Origin: a virus
IMG/VR virus record: IMGVR_UViG_3300028197_000003
Span: 1-64,000 of that record
DNA: 64,000 bases
Direction: 5' to 3' (one strand)
A model generated the notes under the pieces. The model searched no databases. It was not told the DNA's origin and was given only the letters and a program-made list of their open reading frames with translations. Each line of letters starts with the position of its first letter. Positions within the stretch are counted from its first letter, which is position 1. Both the position numbers and the translations under genes were made by a program. This document shows positions 53,653 to 63,986 of the stretch, piece by piece.

Positions 53653-55311
53653 ATGACTAGGAGTGACGTATACCTTGGTAATCCTAATCTAAAAAAAGTA
53701 AATACCAAACAGGAATTTACCGAAGAAAACATCATCGAATATGTTCGATGTAAGAATGATCCCGTTTATTTTACAGAAAAATATATAAAAATTGTGAACG
53801 TGGACGAAGGTCTTGTCCCGTTCAACATGTATAAGTTTCAAAAAAAACTTATCAAAAATTTTCATCAAAACAGATTCAATATCTGTAAAATGCCTAGGCA
53901 GACTGGAAAGTCTACCACTGTTGTATCGTTTCTTCTTCACTACGCAATCTTCAATGATAACGTCAACATCGGAATCCTTGCAAACAAAGCAGCAACAGCT
54001 AGAGATCTCCTCGGCAGATTACAACTGGCGTACGAAAACCTGCCGCGCTGGATGCAGCAAGGCATTATAGCTTGGAACAAAGGATCTATGGAACTGGAGA
54101 ACGGTTCTAAGATCATTGCTGCATCTACCTCAGCATCTGCTGTCCGAGGTATGTCTTTCAACATTATCTTCCTGGACGAGTTTGCGTTTGTGGCAAACCA
54201 CTTGGCGGATGATTTCTTTGCGTCAGTATATCCTACAATCTCATCTGGTAAATCTTCTAAAGTAATTATCGTATCTACGCCTCACGGCATGAACCACTTC
54301 TACAGAATGTGGCATGATGCTGAGCGTGGTAAGAACGAGTATGTTCCTACTGAGGTACACTGGTCTGAAGTGCCAGGTAGAGATGCTAAGTGGAAAAAGC
54401 AAACTATTGCTAACACGTCAGAACAACAGTTCAAGATTGAGTTTGAGTGTGAATTCCTAGGATCTGTTGATACTTTGATAGCAGCATCAAAACTAAAAGC
54501 ACTGGTCTTTGAAGACCCAGTGAAAAGGAATGGCAAGTTATCTTTATATGAAACTCCACGTGAAAAACATGAGTACGTCATTACAGTTGACGTTGCACGT
54601 GGTGTAGGCAAAGACTATAGCACGTTCTGTGTTTTTGATATCACAGAGTATCCATATAAAATTGTAGGAGTTTATAGGGACAATGAAATCAAACCCATGA
54701 TCTTCCCATCAATTATTGAGGAAGTGGGTAGGGCATACAACAACGCACATGTTCTGGCAGAAGTCAATGACATCGGTGATCAGGTGGCATCTATTTTGTT
54801 CTATGACTTGGAGTATGAAAACCTGTTGATGGTTGCCATGCGTGGGCGTGCAGGTCAGCAAGTTGGTTCTGGGTTCTCTGGTGTCAAGACTCAGTTGGGT
54901 GTGAAGATGAGTCAGGTCACCAAGAAGGTGGGTTGCTCTAACCTCAAAACTCTGGTTGAGGATGACAAACTAATCTTCTGCGACTACAACATCATTGCAG
55001 AACTGACAACGTTCATCCAGAAGAAACAGTCGTTTGAGGCAGAGGAAGGTTGTAATGATGACCTTGCTATGTGCCTGGTTATCTTTGCATGGTTAGTTGC
55101 ACAGGATTATTTCAAGGAGATGACGGACCAAGATGTTCGTAAAAAAATATATGATGAACAGAAGAATGCTATTGAACAAGACATGGCACCTTTCGGTTTT
55201 GTATGCGACGGTTTTGATGAGATGGGTGGGGAAAGTATAGAGTCAGACGGTACGATTTGGAAAACTGATGAGTATGGAGATCGCTCTTACATGTGGGAGT
55301 ACCATTCCTAA
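53653..55311 (+). CDS. gp17: Terminase large subunit
   Basis: YLGNPNLKK, PRQTGKST (Walker A), FLDEFAFV, STPHG, QEF-like FECEF, VDVARG, DDLAM. Confidence 0.97.
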   Translation: MTRSDVYLGNPNLKKVNTKQEFTEENIIEYVRCKNDPVYFTEKYIKIVNVDEGLVPFNMYKFQKKLIKNFHQNRFNICKMPRQTGKSTTVVSFLLHYAIFNDNVNIGILANKAATARDLLGRLQLAYENLPRWMQQGIIAWNKGSMELENGSKIIAASTSASAVRGMSFNIIFLDEFAFVANHLADDFFASVYPTISSGKSSKVIIVSTPHGMNHFYRMWHDAERGKNEYVPTEVHWSEVPGRDAKWKKQTIANTSEQQFKIEFECEFLGSVDTLIAASKLKALVFEDPVKRNGKLSLYETPREKHEYVITVDVARGVGKDYSTFCVFDITEYPYKIVGVYRDNEIKPMIFPSIIEEVGRAYNNAHVLAEVNDIGDQVASILFYDLEYENLLMVAMRGRAGQQVGSGFSGVKTQLGVKMSQVTKKVGCSNLKTLVEDDKLIFCDYNIIAELTTFIQKKQSFEAEEGCNDDLAMCLVIFAWLVAQDYFKEMTDQDVRKKIYDEQKNAIEQDMAPFGFVCDGFDEMGGESIESDGTIWKTDEYGDRSYMWEYHS

Positions 55312-55375
55312 AGTCCCACTAAATAACCTTTTCCCTAAATATCTCTAGTCATCGTAGGGACAACAGGGAGTTAGA

Positions 55376-57556
55376 ATGGCACTTCGATTAGCATCTCCGG
55401 GTATTTCTATACGGGAAGTTGACCTAACTCGTGGTGGCGTTGATTTTACAACCAACGTCGTAGCAGGTTTTGTCGGTCCCTTTCGGAAAGGACCCGTAAA
55501 CGAGATTACTCGTATCAATAACGAGAAAGAACTCGTTGATGTTTTCGGGCAACCGGGAATTGGCAAGTCTGATTATCATTATGAGGTTTTTCTTTCCGCA
55601 TCACACTTCCTCTCATATGGAGGAAAATTAGATGTGGTACGTTGCAAGGGTGGAGACCTTGTAAACGCAAACGCAGCGGCTGGTTACGCACATACCACCA
55701 ACCTTTTGGTTGAAAATGAGGACGATTATTACAACAATCAAGCAGACGATCTTCACTGGTACTTTGCTGCTAAGAACCCTGGTGCTTGGTCAAACCAAGT
55801 AAAAGTCGCAGTTATCGATAACTTCGCTGACCAGACTGTTACCCCTACACTACAAACTGGCACCATTGCATCCAACGTGGCCGTTGGTATGGGTGTCACT
55901 CAGCATCTGACAGGACAAACTGTTGGTCTGGGAACGGTGACTGCCGCAACAGGTGTCCTAAAAGGTATCGTTACTGCCAAGACTGCTACAACAGTAGATA
56001 TTCGAGTTGTTAGCACAGTTATTGCAGGAACTGAAACTATTGTTGATTATCAGCAAAACTCCCAACGCGAATTCAAGACGGGTTCTCCCCTGAACTTCGT
56101 GAACAGTTCTGGAAACACTACTGCCATGGGGCAGACAGCTACTACTGCTGACTGGTACAACTCCCAAAACATTCTAACCAGTATTGCTGATGGTGGTACT
56201 GACTTAGTTACCTTACCTTGGCGCTCTGTTCTGAACCGTCCTCAGACCAGCAACTATACTTCAAATCGTGATGGCAACAATGATTCCCTTCACATTGTAG
56301 TTGTTGATGCTGGTGGTCAGGTAACTGGTGATGTAGGTTCTGTTCTAGAGAAGTTCGGCAACTTGTCTAAGTCCAGCGACGCTGAAGTTGCTGGTGGTCG
56401 TGATATTTACTACAAAGATTACATTGCTGAGAACTCTGCTTATCTCTGGGCAGGTGTTTCTCTGGTAAATGGAACTGACACTTTCAACAACACTGCACCT
56501 ATTGCTTCTGGATTTAGTGCTGGGTTTACGCCTCTCACCTCTGGTGCTGGTGCATGGGGTCAAGAATCTAAGGACCTCAAGTTCAACCTCGTAGGTAATG
56601 TCAAGTACACCCTTCTGGGTGGTCTGGACTACACCGGTATCGGAGTGTTCGATGCACCTCTAGGAGACCTCCTAACGTCTTATAACAAGTTTGCCGATCC
56701 TGTGGACAGCGACATTCGCTTCCTCCTTCAGGGTGGTGCATTCAAATCTAAAGAAGAAGAGCAGGCAAAAGCAAACAAGATGATCCAAATCTGCGAACTG
56801 CGGAAGGATTGTATTGCGTTTATTTCACCCTGCCGGAGTTCTCAAGTCAATGTGACTGAGTCTTCTGACAAACTGAAGAACACTCTTGAGTTCTTCTCAC
56901 CCATCACCTCCAGTTCATACGCCGTCTTTGACTCTGGTTACCAGTACGTATACGACCGCTTCAACAGGCAGTTCGTTTACATGCCGATTTCTGCTGACAT
57001 TGCTGGACTTTGTGCACGGACTGACCGGGATAATTTCCCTTGGTTCTCTCCTGCAGGTCAGGTGCGTGGTGGTTTGAACTTTGCTATCAAACTGGCGTTC
57101 AATCCTGGTCAGGATTCCCGAGATCAGCTTTATTCAAACCGGATCAACCCTGTCATCTCTCAACCTGGTGGCGGTATTATCCTGTTCGGAGACAAGACGG
57201 GTCTTTCCTTCGAGAGTGCGTTTGATCGCATCAACGTTCGTCGCCTCTTCATCACCCTGGAGAAAGCGATTGAGAACGCTGCTAAGTCTCAACTCTTTGA
57301 ACTCAATGATGCTGGAACTCGTTCCAACTTCATCAACATTGTCGAACCTTTCCTCCGCGACGTGCAAGCGAAGCGTGGTCTAACCGACTTCCTGCTCGTC
57401 TGTGATGAGACGAACAACACCCCCGATGCAATTGACCGCAATGAGTTTATTGCTGACATCTACCTCAAACCCGCCCGCTCGATCAACTTCATTGGTCTGA
57501 CGTTTGTTGCTACCCGCACTGGCGTTAGCTTTAGCGAAGTCGTCGGCACCGTCTGA
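55376..57556 (+). CDS. gp18: Tail sheath protein
   Basis: SPGISIREVDLT, WFSPAG..RG, RINPV, FDRINVRRLF, PARSINFIGLTFVATRTGV; CTAAATA at 55319 and 55335. Confidence 0.96.
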   Translation: MALRLASPGISIREVDLTRGGVDFTTNVVAGFVGPFRKGPVNEITRINNEKELVDVFGQPGIGKSDYHYEVFLSASHFLSYGGKLDVVRCKGGDLVNANAAAGYAHTTNLLVENEDDYYNNQADDLHWYFAAKNPGAWSNQVKVAVIDNFADQTVTPTLQTGTIASNVAVGMGVTQHLTGQTVGLGTVTAATGVLKGIVTAKTATTVDIRVVSTVIAGTETIVDYQQNSQREFKTGSPLNFVNSSGNTTAMGQTATTADWYNSQNILTSIADGGTDLVTLPWRSVLNRPQTSNYTSNRDGNNDSLHIVVVDAGGQVTGDVGSVLEKFGNLSKSSDAEVAGGRDIYYKDYIAENSAYLWAGVSLVNGTDTFNNTAPIASGFSAGFTPLTSGAGAWGQESKDLKFNLVGNVKYTLLGGLDYTGIGVFDAPLGDLLTSYNKFADPVDSDIRFLLQGGAFKSKEEEQAKANKMIQICELRKDCIAFISPCRSSQVNVTESSDKLKNTLEFFSPITSSSYAVFDSGYQYVYDRFNRQFVYMPISADIAGLCARTDRDNFPWFSPAGQVRGGLNFAIKLAFNPGQDSRDQLYSNRINPVISQPGGGIILFGDKTGLSFESAFDRINVRRLFITLEKAIENAAKSQLFELNDAGTRSNFINIVEPFLRDVQAKRGLTDFLLVCDETNNTPDAIDRNEFIADIYLKPARSINFIGLTFVATRTGVSFSEVVGTV

Positions 57557-57575
57557 TCAATAGGAGAATCAACTA

Positions 57576-58211
57576 ATGGCTTTAGATAGGAACATTTTTT
57601 CCATACCAAACAACGAACGATCTATTGATTCGTTCAAGTCTCGTCTGACGGGCGGCGGTGCTCGCGCTAATCTGTTTGAGGTTGAACTAAACTTCCCTCG
57701 GGGAGTTGGCATCTTTGATGAAGAAATCGAAGACACCACATACCGGATGATGATCAAGGGAGCACAACTCCCTGCTTCAAATATCCAGGAAGTGCTTGTC
57801 CCCTTCCGGGGTCGTCAACTCAAAGTTGCTGGGGATCGTCGTTTCGATCCTTGGACCATCAGTGTAATCAACGATGGTGACTTCAAACTCCGCGAAGCAT
57901 TTGAGCGGTGGTCAAACTTTATCACCAAAGTGTCTGATGGTTCTGGAACTGTCAACCCCAGTGAGTATTATGCTGACTGGACTGTGAACCAATTGGGTCG
58001 TGCAAGCACGAACCTCAATGTTCAGGGTAAGGACAACCCCGCACAACTTCCTGTGCTGCGTCGTTACTCAATGAAGGGTTGCTGGCCTAGTTCTGTTGGT
58101 GCTGTTGAGTTGTCTTACGACTCGGCAGATACCATCGAAGAATTCCAGGTTACCCTGCAAGTTCAGTGGTGGGCTGCTTACGACAGCAATAACGGTGATT
58201 CTGTGGTCTGA
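57576..58211 (+). CDS. gp19: Tail tube protein
   Basis: GGGARANLFEV, VPFRGRQLKVAGDR.F.PW, IEEFQVT. Confidence 0.95.
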   Translation: MALDRNIFSIPNNERSIDSFKSRLTGGGARANLFEVELNFPRGVGIFDEEIEDTTYRMMIKGAQLPASNIQEVLVPFRGRQLKVAGDRRFDPWTISVINDGDFKLREAFERWSNFITKVSDGSGTVNPSEYYADWTVNQLGRASTNLNVQGKDNPAQLPVLRRYSMKGCWPSSVGAVELSYDSADTIEEFQVTLQVQWWAAYDSNNGDSVV

Positions 58212-58217
58212 TAAATA
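58210..58217 (+). promoter_or_regulatory. T4-like late promoter (GATAAATA)
   Basis: Upstream of gp20. Confidence 0.7.
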
Positions 58218-58245
58218 TATTGATTAGACTAACACCCCTATTATT

Positions 58246-59904
58246 ATGACCAAACTTTTTGGTTTTTCAATTGATGATGAATCAAAAAAATCGAAAGGTA
58301 TAATCAGCCCTGTCGCTCCTAACAAGGAAGACGGATCTGATTACTACCTTTCTTCGGGTTTTTATGGACAGTATGTTGATATCGAAGGTGTCTTCAGGAC
58401 CGAGTTCGATATCATCAAACGCTACAGGGATATGTCCCTGCATCCAGAATGTGACACTGCTGTAGAGCACGTAGTCAATGAGGCAATTGTCTCAGATCTA
58501 AATGATTCCCCAGTGGAAATTGACCTTGACAACCTTCAAGTCGGGCAATCTCTCAAGAATGTTATTCGTGATGAATTCAAGAGTGTAAAAGATCTTCTTG
58601 AATTTGATAAGAAGTCGCATGAAATTTTCCGCAACTGGTATGTGGATGGGCGACTGTATTACCACAAGGTAATTGACGTACAGAAACCTGACGAAGGTAT
58701 CAAAGAAATTAGATATATCGACGCCCTCAAGATCAAGTTGATGAGGATCAAACCCAATGAAAGGGGTAAGGGTGTTCCTGATATGCCCATGCCGGATAAC
58801 GCTGCAATTAGTGTTACCAAAGATACTAAGATTCAAGAATTTTACACGTACTACCCTGCAGGTGTAGCGCAGAAGTATGGTTCTGTTGCAGGTAAGGGCG
58901 TACGAATCGCTAAGGATTCTATCTGTCATGTCACCTCTGGTCTGATTGATCGTAATAAGAAACTTACCCTATCTTACCTCCACAAAGCAATCAAAGGTTT
59001 GAACCAACTGCGGATGATTGAGGACTCCCTTGTCATCTACCGTATGTCACGGGCACCTGAACGTCGCATTTTCTACATTGATGTTGGTAACTTACCAAAG
59101 GTCAAGGCAGAGCAGTATTTACGGGACGTAATGAGTCGTTACCGTAACAAGTTGGTGTATGACGCTAACACTGGTGAAGTCAAAGACGACAAGAAGTTCA
59201 TGTCAATGTTGGAAGACTTCTGGCTTCCTCGCCGTGAAGGTGGTCGTGGTACAGAAATTACTACACTGCCTGGTGGACAGAATCTTGGCGAACTTGCTGA
59301 TATTGAATACTTCCAGAAGAAACTGTATCGTTCATTGAACGTTCCTGAGTCCCGCATCGCAGGTGACAGTGGATTCAACATGGGTCGCTCTAGTGAAATC
59401 CTTCGCGACGAACTGATGTTCAGTAAGTTCGTGGGTCGTCTCCGTAAACGTTTCTCTGCATTGTTCCTTGATCTACTAAAAACTCAGTTGATCCTCAAGA
59501 ACATCGTTACTCCCGAAGATTGGGAGAAGATGGCAGAGCATATTCAGTTTGATTATTTGTATGACAATCACTTTGCAGAACTCAAAGAAACTGAGTTGAT
59601 GAATGAAAGATTGAATGTCATGGTTCAAATTGAACCTTACATCGGTACCTACTACTCACGTGATTATGTGAAACGTAAGGTCTTACGTCAGACCGACGAA
59701 GAGATTATTGAGATGACACAGGAGATGGAAGAGGAAAATGCAACAGGGGAAGGAGTGCCGTTAGAAACTCAAAATGCAATCATGCAAGGTCAGATTGAGA
59801 ACGGTCAAATTGGTAATAATCAGAACGGTGCATCGGGTAAAGTCCCCACTGATCCTAATGATGGTGATGCGCCCCTTCTAGATATCAAGAAAGCCAAGAT
59901 ATAA
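58246..59904 (+). CDS. gp20: Portal vertex protein
   Basis: WYVDGRLYYHK, SYLHKAIK.LNQLRMIEDSLVIYR..RAPERRIFYIDVGNLP, EDFWLPRREGGRGTEITTLPG. Confidence 0.97.
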   Translation: MTKLFGFSIDDESKKSKGIISPVAPNKEDGSDYYLSSGFYGQYVDIEGVFRTEFDIIKRYRDMSLHPECDTAVEHVVNEAIVSDLNDSPVEIDLDNLQVGQSLKNVIRDEFKSVKDLLEFDKKSHEIFRNWYVDGRLYYHKVIDVQKPDEGIKEIRYIDALKIKLMRIKPNERGKGVPDMPMPDNAAISVTKDTKIQEFYTYYPAGVAQKYGSVAGKGVRIAKDSICHVTSGLIDRNKKLTLSYLHKAIKGLNQLRMIEDSLVIYRMSRAPERRIFYIDVGNLPKVKAEQYLRDVMSRYRNKLVYDANTGEVKDDKKFMSMLEDFWLPRREGGRGTEITTLPGGQNLGELADIEYFQKKLYRSLNVPESRIAGDSGFNMGRSSEILRDELMFSKFVGRLRKRFSALFLDLLKTQLILKNIVTPEDWEKMAEHIQFDYLYDNHFAELKETELMNERLNVMVQIEPYIGTYYSRDYVKRKVLRQTDEEIIEMTQEMEEENATGEGVPLETQNAIMQGQIENGQIGNNQNGASGKVPTDPNDGDAPLLDIKKAKI

Positions 59905-59907
59905 ATA
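59900..59907 (+). promoter_or_regulatory. T4 late promoter (TATAAATA)
   Basis: Perfect consensus upstream of 59934. Confidence 0.8.
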
Positions 59908-59933
59908 ACCTTTAGCGTTTCTACTACTTCGTA

Positions 59934-60152
59934 ATGGATACTGATCAACTTCTCGATATGATGGGTTCTAAAGAATCCACTCCCAGTGAAATTCATGATG
60001 CCATCAAAGCTTTGTTGACTCAAAAAGCTGCCGACACAGTAGGAGAAGTTACTCCTGCTGTTGCGGCAGGTATTTTTGGAGATACTTCAGGTGAAGATGC
60101 TCCAACAGATGAAGTAGAAACTGAAACTGAAACCGAAGAGGAGTCCGAGTGA
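59934..60152 (+). CDS. Small acidic prohead core-like protein (T4 gp67 position)
   Basis: Position after portal; acidic ETETETEEESE tail. Confidence 0.65.
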   Translation: MDTDQLLDMMGSKESTPSEIHDAIKALLTQKAADTVGEVTPAVAAGIFGDTSGEDAPTDEVETETETEEESE

Positions 60153-60709
60153 TGCAAGCACTGAAACTTGTAGCCGACCATGGTGAACTGTCAAGTAATG
60201 ATGCAACCACGGTTGCGTCCAGTGCTATCACTATTCAAAGTGGTCTGTTATATCTGGCATGTAGTTCTGAGAAAAAAAGTGGACACATCTCTGTGTGTAA
60301 CACTGTCGCAGAAGCTGGCATCGGATCGTTTCATATCGAGAAAGGACAAGGGTTCCTCTATCGTTATGGTCACCCGGCACATGCCAAGATCACTGGTGTC
60401 ACTAAAGGTGCAACCACGGTCATGGCGATCGATTTTGTAGACACCAAAATCAGTGTAGGAGATTTCGTAACTATGACCGGCGCTGCTGTCGGAGCATATA
60501 ACAGCACTTTAGCACACGTTGAAGTGACTGCGATTTCTGATCCTCAATCATATAATGCTTACTCTAAGACCATTACGGTCGATGCTGACACAGCATCATT
60601 AGGAGATTTTACTGGAACTGCAGAGATTTCTAAGTCCGTCATTGTGCGGCTTGCCCCTGAAACTTCTGATGGTTGCACTATGCATGTACACGAGGTCAAT
60701 CTAGCATGA
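60152..60709 (+). CDS. Beta-rich hypothetical virion/head-associated protein
   Basis: TGATG-coupled start; ATGA-coupled to gp21. Confidence 0.7.
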   Translation: MQALKLVADHGELSSNDATTVASSAITIQSGLLYLACSSEKKSGHISVCNTVAEAGIGSFHIEKGQGFLYRYGHPAHAKITGVTKGATTVMAIDFVDTKISVGDFVTMTGAAVGAYNSTLAHVEVTAISDPQSYNAYSKTITVDADTASLGDFTGTAEISKSVIVRLAPETSDGCTMHVHEVNLA

Positions 60710-61353
60710 AACTTATCTCAGAAGAAATTGAAGCAGTAGATATTCTTACCGAAGAGAAAGACGGTAAGAAAACTCTGTATATTCAAGGACCTTTTCTCCA
60801 AGCAGAAGTTGTAAACCGGAACAAACGGTGCTATGGCCTCGGCACTATGGTCAAAGAGGTTGCTCGTTACAACGATTCTTATACCAATAAGGGTCGTGCC
60901 CTTGGTGAACTGGGTCACCCAGATGGTCCCCAGATCAATCTGGATCGAGTGTCCCACAAGATTGTGTCGTTGACTCAAGAAGGTAATAACTTTGTAGGTA
61001 AGGCACAAATTTTGTCTACCCCCATGGGCAAAATTGCTGAGTCTCTCATTAGTGAGGGTGTAAAACTTGGCGTTTCCTCTAGGGGAATGGGATCCATTAC
61101 TCAGCGTGATGGTATCAGTTATGTTGGCGAAGATTTTATGCTCGCCACCGCTGCTGATATTGTTGCCGATCCTTCTGCTCCCGACGCTTTTGTGGACGGA
61201 ATTATGGAAGGAAAGGAATGGGTCTGGGAAGGTAGTGTACTTCGCGAAAAGTCTTGTAAGGCAATTGAAGAGAGTATAAATACCGCTGTAGACGAAGGAG
61301 TGCTTGAGGCACACAAGTTGCGCCTTTTTGCACAATTCCTTTCAGATCTATAA
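60706..61353 (+). CDS. gp21: Prohead core protease
   Basis: MKLISEE start at 60706; NRNKR.Y, ALGELGHP, LGVSSRGMGS, D.VADPSAPDAFV. Confidence 0.95.
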   Translation: MKLISEEIEAVDILTEEKDGKKTLYIQGPFLQAEVVNRNKRCYGLGTMVKEVARYNDSYTNKGRALGELGHPDGPQINLDRVSHKIVSLTQEGNNFVGKAQILSTPMGKIAESLISEGVKLGVSSRGMGSITQRDGISYVGEDFMLATAADIVADPSAPDAFVDGIMEGKEWVWEGSVLREKSCKAIEESINTAVDEGVLEAHKLRLFAQFLSDL

Positions 61354-61357
61354 AACT

Positions 61358-61364
61358 CTAAATA
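61358..61364 (+). promoter_or_regulatory. T4-like late promoter box (CTAAATA)
   Basis: Upstream of gp22. Confidence 0.65.
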
Positions 61365-61400
61365 ATAACAGCAATAACTAGGACTTACGGAAACTAACCG

Positions 61401-62492
61401 ATGGCTGAAGCGAAACAAACACTAGATGAAATGGAGAACCAGGTTACTAAAGGTGCGTCTAAAGCGGATCCTATGCCCAAGGCTCCCAACTACGTGCCTG
61501 ATAACGCCGCGATCGAAGATCTCGGTGGACCCACTCCTACTAATTCCAGACCAGATGACGACAGCAATAAGCTGAAGACACCTGGCGCATCCTTTGCCCA
61601 ATCAGGCGACGTTCAATTTAGGAACGCCGCTGGCAAAGTTCAACTTCCAGGACCTGCTGCTCTGAAGAGCACTGGTTATGGAAAAGGTGCCAACGAAGAA
61701 ACCGAATCCGAGGAAGAGGTGGTTGCAGAAACCCCCAAAACCAAAGATCCTGTTGTTGCTGAAGAAGAGCAAGTCGAAGCCATCGATATCGATGTGTCTG
61801 AAGACGTTGCTGCTTTACTCGAAGGAGAAGAACTCTCTGCCGAGTTCCAAGAAAAGACCGCTACAATCTTTGAAGCTGCTGTACGTAGCAAGATTGATCA
61901 AGTGGCAAGCACTCTGGAAGCTCAGTTCAGCGAAGCATTTGACCAAGAGGTCTCTAGCTTCAAGACTGAGATGACCGAGCGTGTTGATTCATACCTAGAG
62001 TTCGTTGCGAACGAGTGGATCAACGAGAATGCGCTGCAGGTCGAATCAGGAATCCGAAGTGAACTTTCGGAATCCTTTATGACGGGTCTCAAAGCCCTCT
62101 TTGAAGAACATTATGTTGAAATCCCTGAAGATAAATATGATGTCTTAGAAGCAATGACTTCTAAGTTAGATGAAATGGAGACAAAACTCAACGAACAGAT
62201 CGACAGCAACGTCGCATTGACTCAGCGACTGTCGGCGTCTGTTTCTGACAACATCCTCGATGAAGTAAGTGAAGGTTTGGCGCTGTCCCAAAAGGACAAG
62301 CTTTCGGAACTCTCTAAAGGTGTTGAGTTTGAAAGTGAAGAACAGTACCGGGAAAAGCTCGCTACTCTCAAGGAATCGTATTTTACGAAACCTGTAGTTG
62401 AGTCCCAAGAAGTTAGCAGCGAAGAGAGCCTCGTCGAAGATTACTCTCCGTCAATGAACGCATATCTCAATGCTCTAACTAAGTTCCAATAG
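61401..62492 (+). CDS. gp22: Prohead core scaffold protein
   Basis: EDLGGPTPTN, LSAEFQEKTATIFEAAV, VDSYL..VA.EW..EN, LKESYF. Confidence 0.93.
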   Translation: MAEAKQTLDEMENQVTKGASKADPMPKAPNYVPDNAAIEDLGGPTPTNSRPDDDSNKLKTPGASFAQSGDVQFRNAAGKVQLPGPAALKSTGYGKGANEETESEEEVVAETPKTKDPVVAEEEQVEAIDIDVSEDVAALLEGEELSAEFQEKTATIFEAAVRSKIDQVASTLEAQFSEAFDQEVSSFKTEMTERVDSYLEFVANEWINENALQVESGIRSELSESFMTGLKALFEEHYVEIPEDKYDVLEAMTSKLDEMETKLNEQIDSNVALTQRLSASVSDNILDEVSEGLALSQKDKLSELSKGVEFESEEQYREKLATLKESYFTKPVVESQEVSSEESLVEDYSPSMNAYLNALTKFQ

Positions 62493-62534
62493 TATTAGAA
62501 CAACACCCCCCCAACACCCTAATAGGTATACCCA

Positions 62535-63941
62535 ATGTTCAATTCTGGATCTCTCCAGAAGAAGTGGGCACCTCTGCTAGAGGCCGAAGGTCTTGATTCA
62601 ATCAAGGATTCCCACCGCAGAGCTGTAACAGCCCAACTTCTCGAAAACCAAGAACGTTTTCTCCGTGAGGAGCGTGCCTTCCTGAGCGAAGGACCCCCTA
62701 CGGTCAACACAGATCCCGGCGGCGCAGGCGTTGCTGGTTTTAGTGGCGGCGCTGGTGCCGCTGGTCCTGTCGCAGGTTTCGACCCTGTGCTGATCAGCTT
62801 GATCCGTCGCTCCATGCCCAACCTGGTCGCTTATGACCTCGCTGGTGTTCAGCCGATGAACGGTCCTACTGGACTGATCTTCGCAATGCGTTCACGCTAC
62901 GACGGTCAGTCTGGCACAGAAGCATTCTTCAACGAGCCCGATTCGGCATTCTCCGCACAGAACTCTAACGCCAGCTTGGCACAGGGTGACTACACCGGAG
63001 CAACTGATGGTGGTACTGCTGTTGGTTTTGGTACGACCGCCCAAGGTGGTAGCAACCCATCCATCCTCAACGGTGGTGCAGACAACGCTTACAGCACTGG
63101 ACAAGGTTTCAACACCCAAGCTTCTGAAGCACTGGGCGATGGTTCCTCGAACGACTTCCGTGAGATGGCGTTCAGCATCGAGAAAGTCTCGGTGACCGCC
63201 AAATCACGTGCCCTGAAGGCCGAGTACAGCCTTGAGCTTGCTCAAGACTTGAAGGCAATTCATGGTTTGGATGCCGAAGCGGAACTCGCCAACATCCTCA
63301 GCACAGAAATCCTTGCTGAGATCAACCGCGAGATCATCCGTACGATCTACAAGTCCGCCGAAGCTGGTGCTCAAACAAACACTGCCACAACTGGCGTGTT
63401 CGACCTTGACACCGACAGCAACGGTCGTTGGATGGTTGAGAAGTTCAAAGGAATGATCTTCCAACTGGAGCGTGATGCTAACGCCATCGCTCAAAGAACT
63501 CGTCGCGGGAAGGGTAATATCCTCCTTTGCTCCGCTGATGTTGCTTCTGCTCTGACCGCCGCTGGTCAACTGGACTACACCCCTGCCCTGTCAGCCAACA
63601 TGACTGTTGATGACACCGGCAACACCTTCGCTGGTGTGCTCAACGGTCGCTATCGCGTCTATATTGACCCGTTTGCTGCTAACTTGAGTCCTGATCAGTA
63701 TTACGTGATGGGCTACAAGGGTTCTAACCCTTATGACGCCGGTCTGTTCTACTGTCCTTACGTGCCCCTGCAAATGGTTCGCGCCGTTGGTCAGGACACC
63801 TTCCAGCCCAAAATTGGCTTCAAGACCCGCTACGGCATGGTCGCCAACCCTTACGCCGAAGGCACCACACAGGGTCTCGGACGTATTACCGCTGGTTCTA
63901 ACCGCTACTACCGTCGCGTCAAGGTCCAAAACCTTATGTGA
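62535..63941 (+). CDS. gp23: Major capsid protein
   Basis: KWAPLL, VAGFDPVLISLIRRSMP, GVQPMNGPTGLIFAMRSRY, KSRALKAEYS.ELAQDLKAIHG, FQPKIGFKTRYG. Confidence 0.98.
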   Translation: MFNSGSLQKKWAPLLEAEGLDSIKDSHRRAVTAQLLENQERFLREERAFLSEGPPTVNTDPGGAGVAGFSGGAGAAGPVAGFDPVLISLIRRSMPNLVAYDLAGVQPMNGPTGLIFAMRSRYDGQSGTEAFFNEPDSAFSAQNSNASLAQGDYTGATDGGTAVGFGTTAQGGSNPSILNGGADNAYSTGQGFNTQASEALGDGSSNDFREMAFSIEKVSVTAKSRALKAEYSLELAQDLKAIHGLDAEAELANILSTEILAEINREIIRTIYKSAEAGAQTNTATTGVFDLDTDSNGRWMVEKFKGMIFQLERDANAIAQRTRRGKGNILLCSADVASALTAAGQLDYTPALSANMTVDDTGNTFAGVLNGRYRVYIDPFAANLSPDQYYVMGYKGSNPYDAGLFYCPYVPLQMVRAVGQDTFQPKIGFKTRYGMVANPYAEGTTQGLGRITAGSNRYYRRVKVQNLM

Positions 63942-63959
63942 TCACGGATCACAGTCACC

Positions 63960-63986
63960 AAGACTCCCTTCGGGGGGTCTTTTTTT
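63960..63986 (+). terminator. Intrinsic terminator with cUUCGg tetraloop after gp23
   Basis: AGACTCCC-TTCG-GGGGGTCT followed by T-tract. Confidence 0.88.

Noticed and set aside
60673-60705. Longer N-terminus for gp21
   Set aside because: gp21 homologs start MKLI.E; ATG 60706 is ATGA-coupled to the upstream gene.
60718-61335. 205-aa antisense ORF over gp21
   Set aside because: Shadow of a conserved gene; no independent signals.
53653-63941. Introns, inteins or homing endonucleases in gp17, gp18, gp20, gp23
   Set aside because: ORFs are continuous and of ordinary length; no HNH, GIY-YIG, LAGLIDADG or intein motifs seen.
63937-63953. TGTGATC-ACG-GATCACA inverted repeat as a CRP-like site
   Set aside because: Spacing is TGTGA-N7-TCACA rather than N6, and it lies at a gene end just before the terminator; at most an RNA hairpin.
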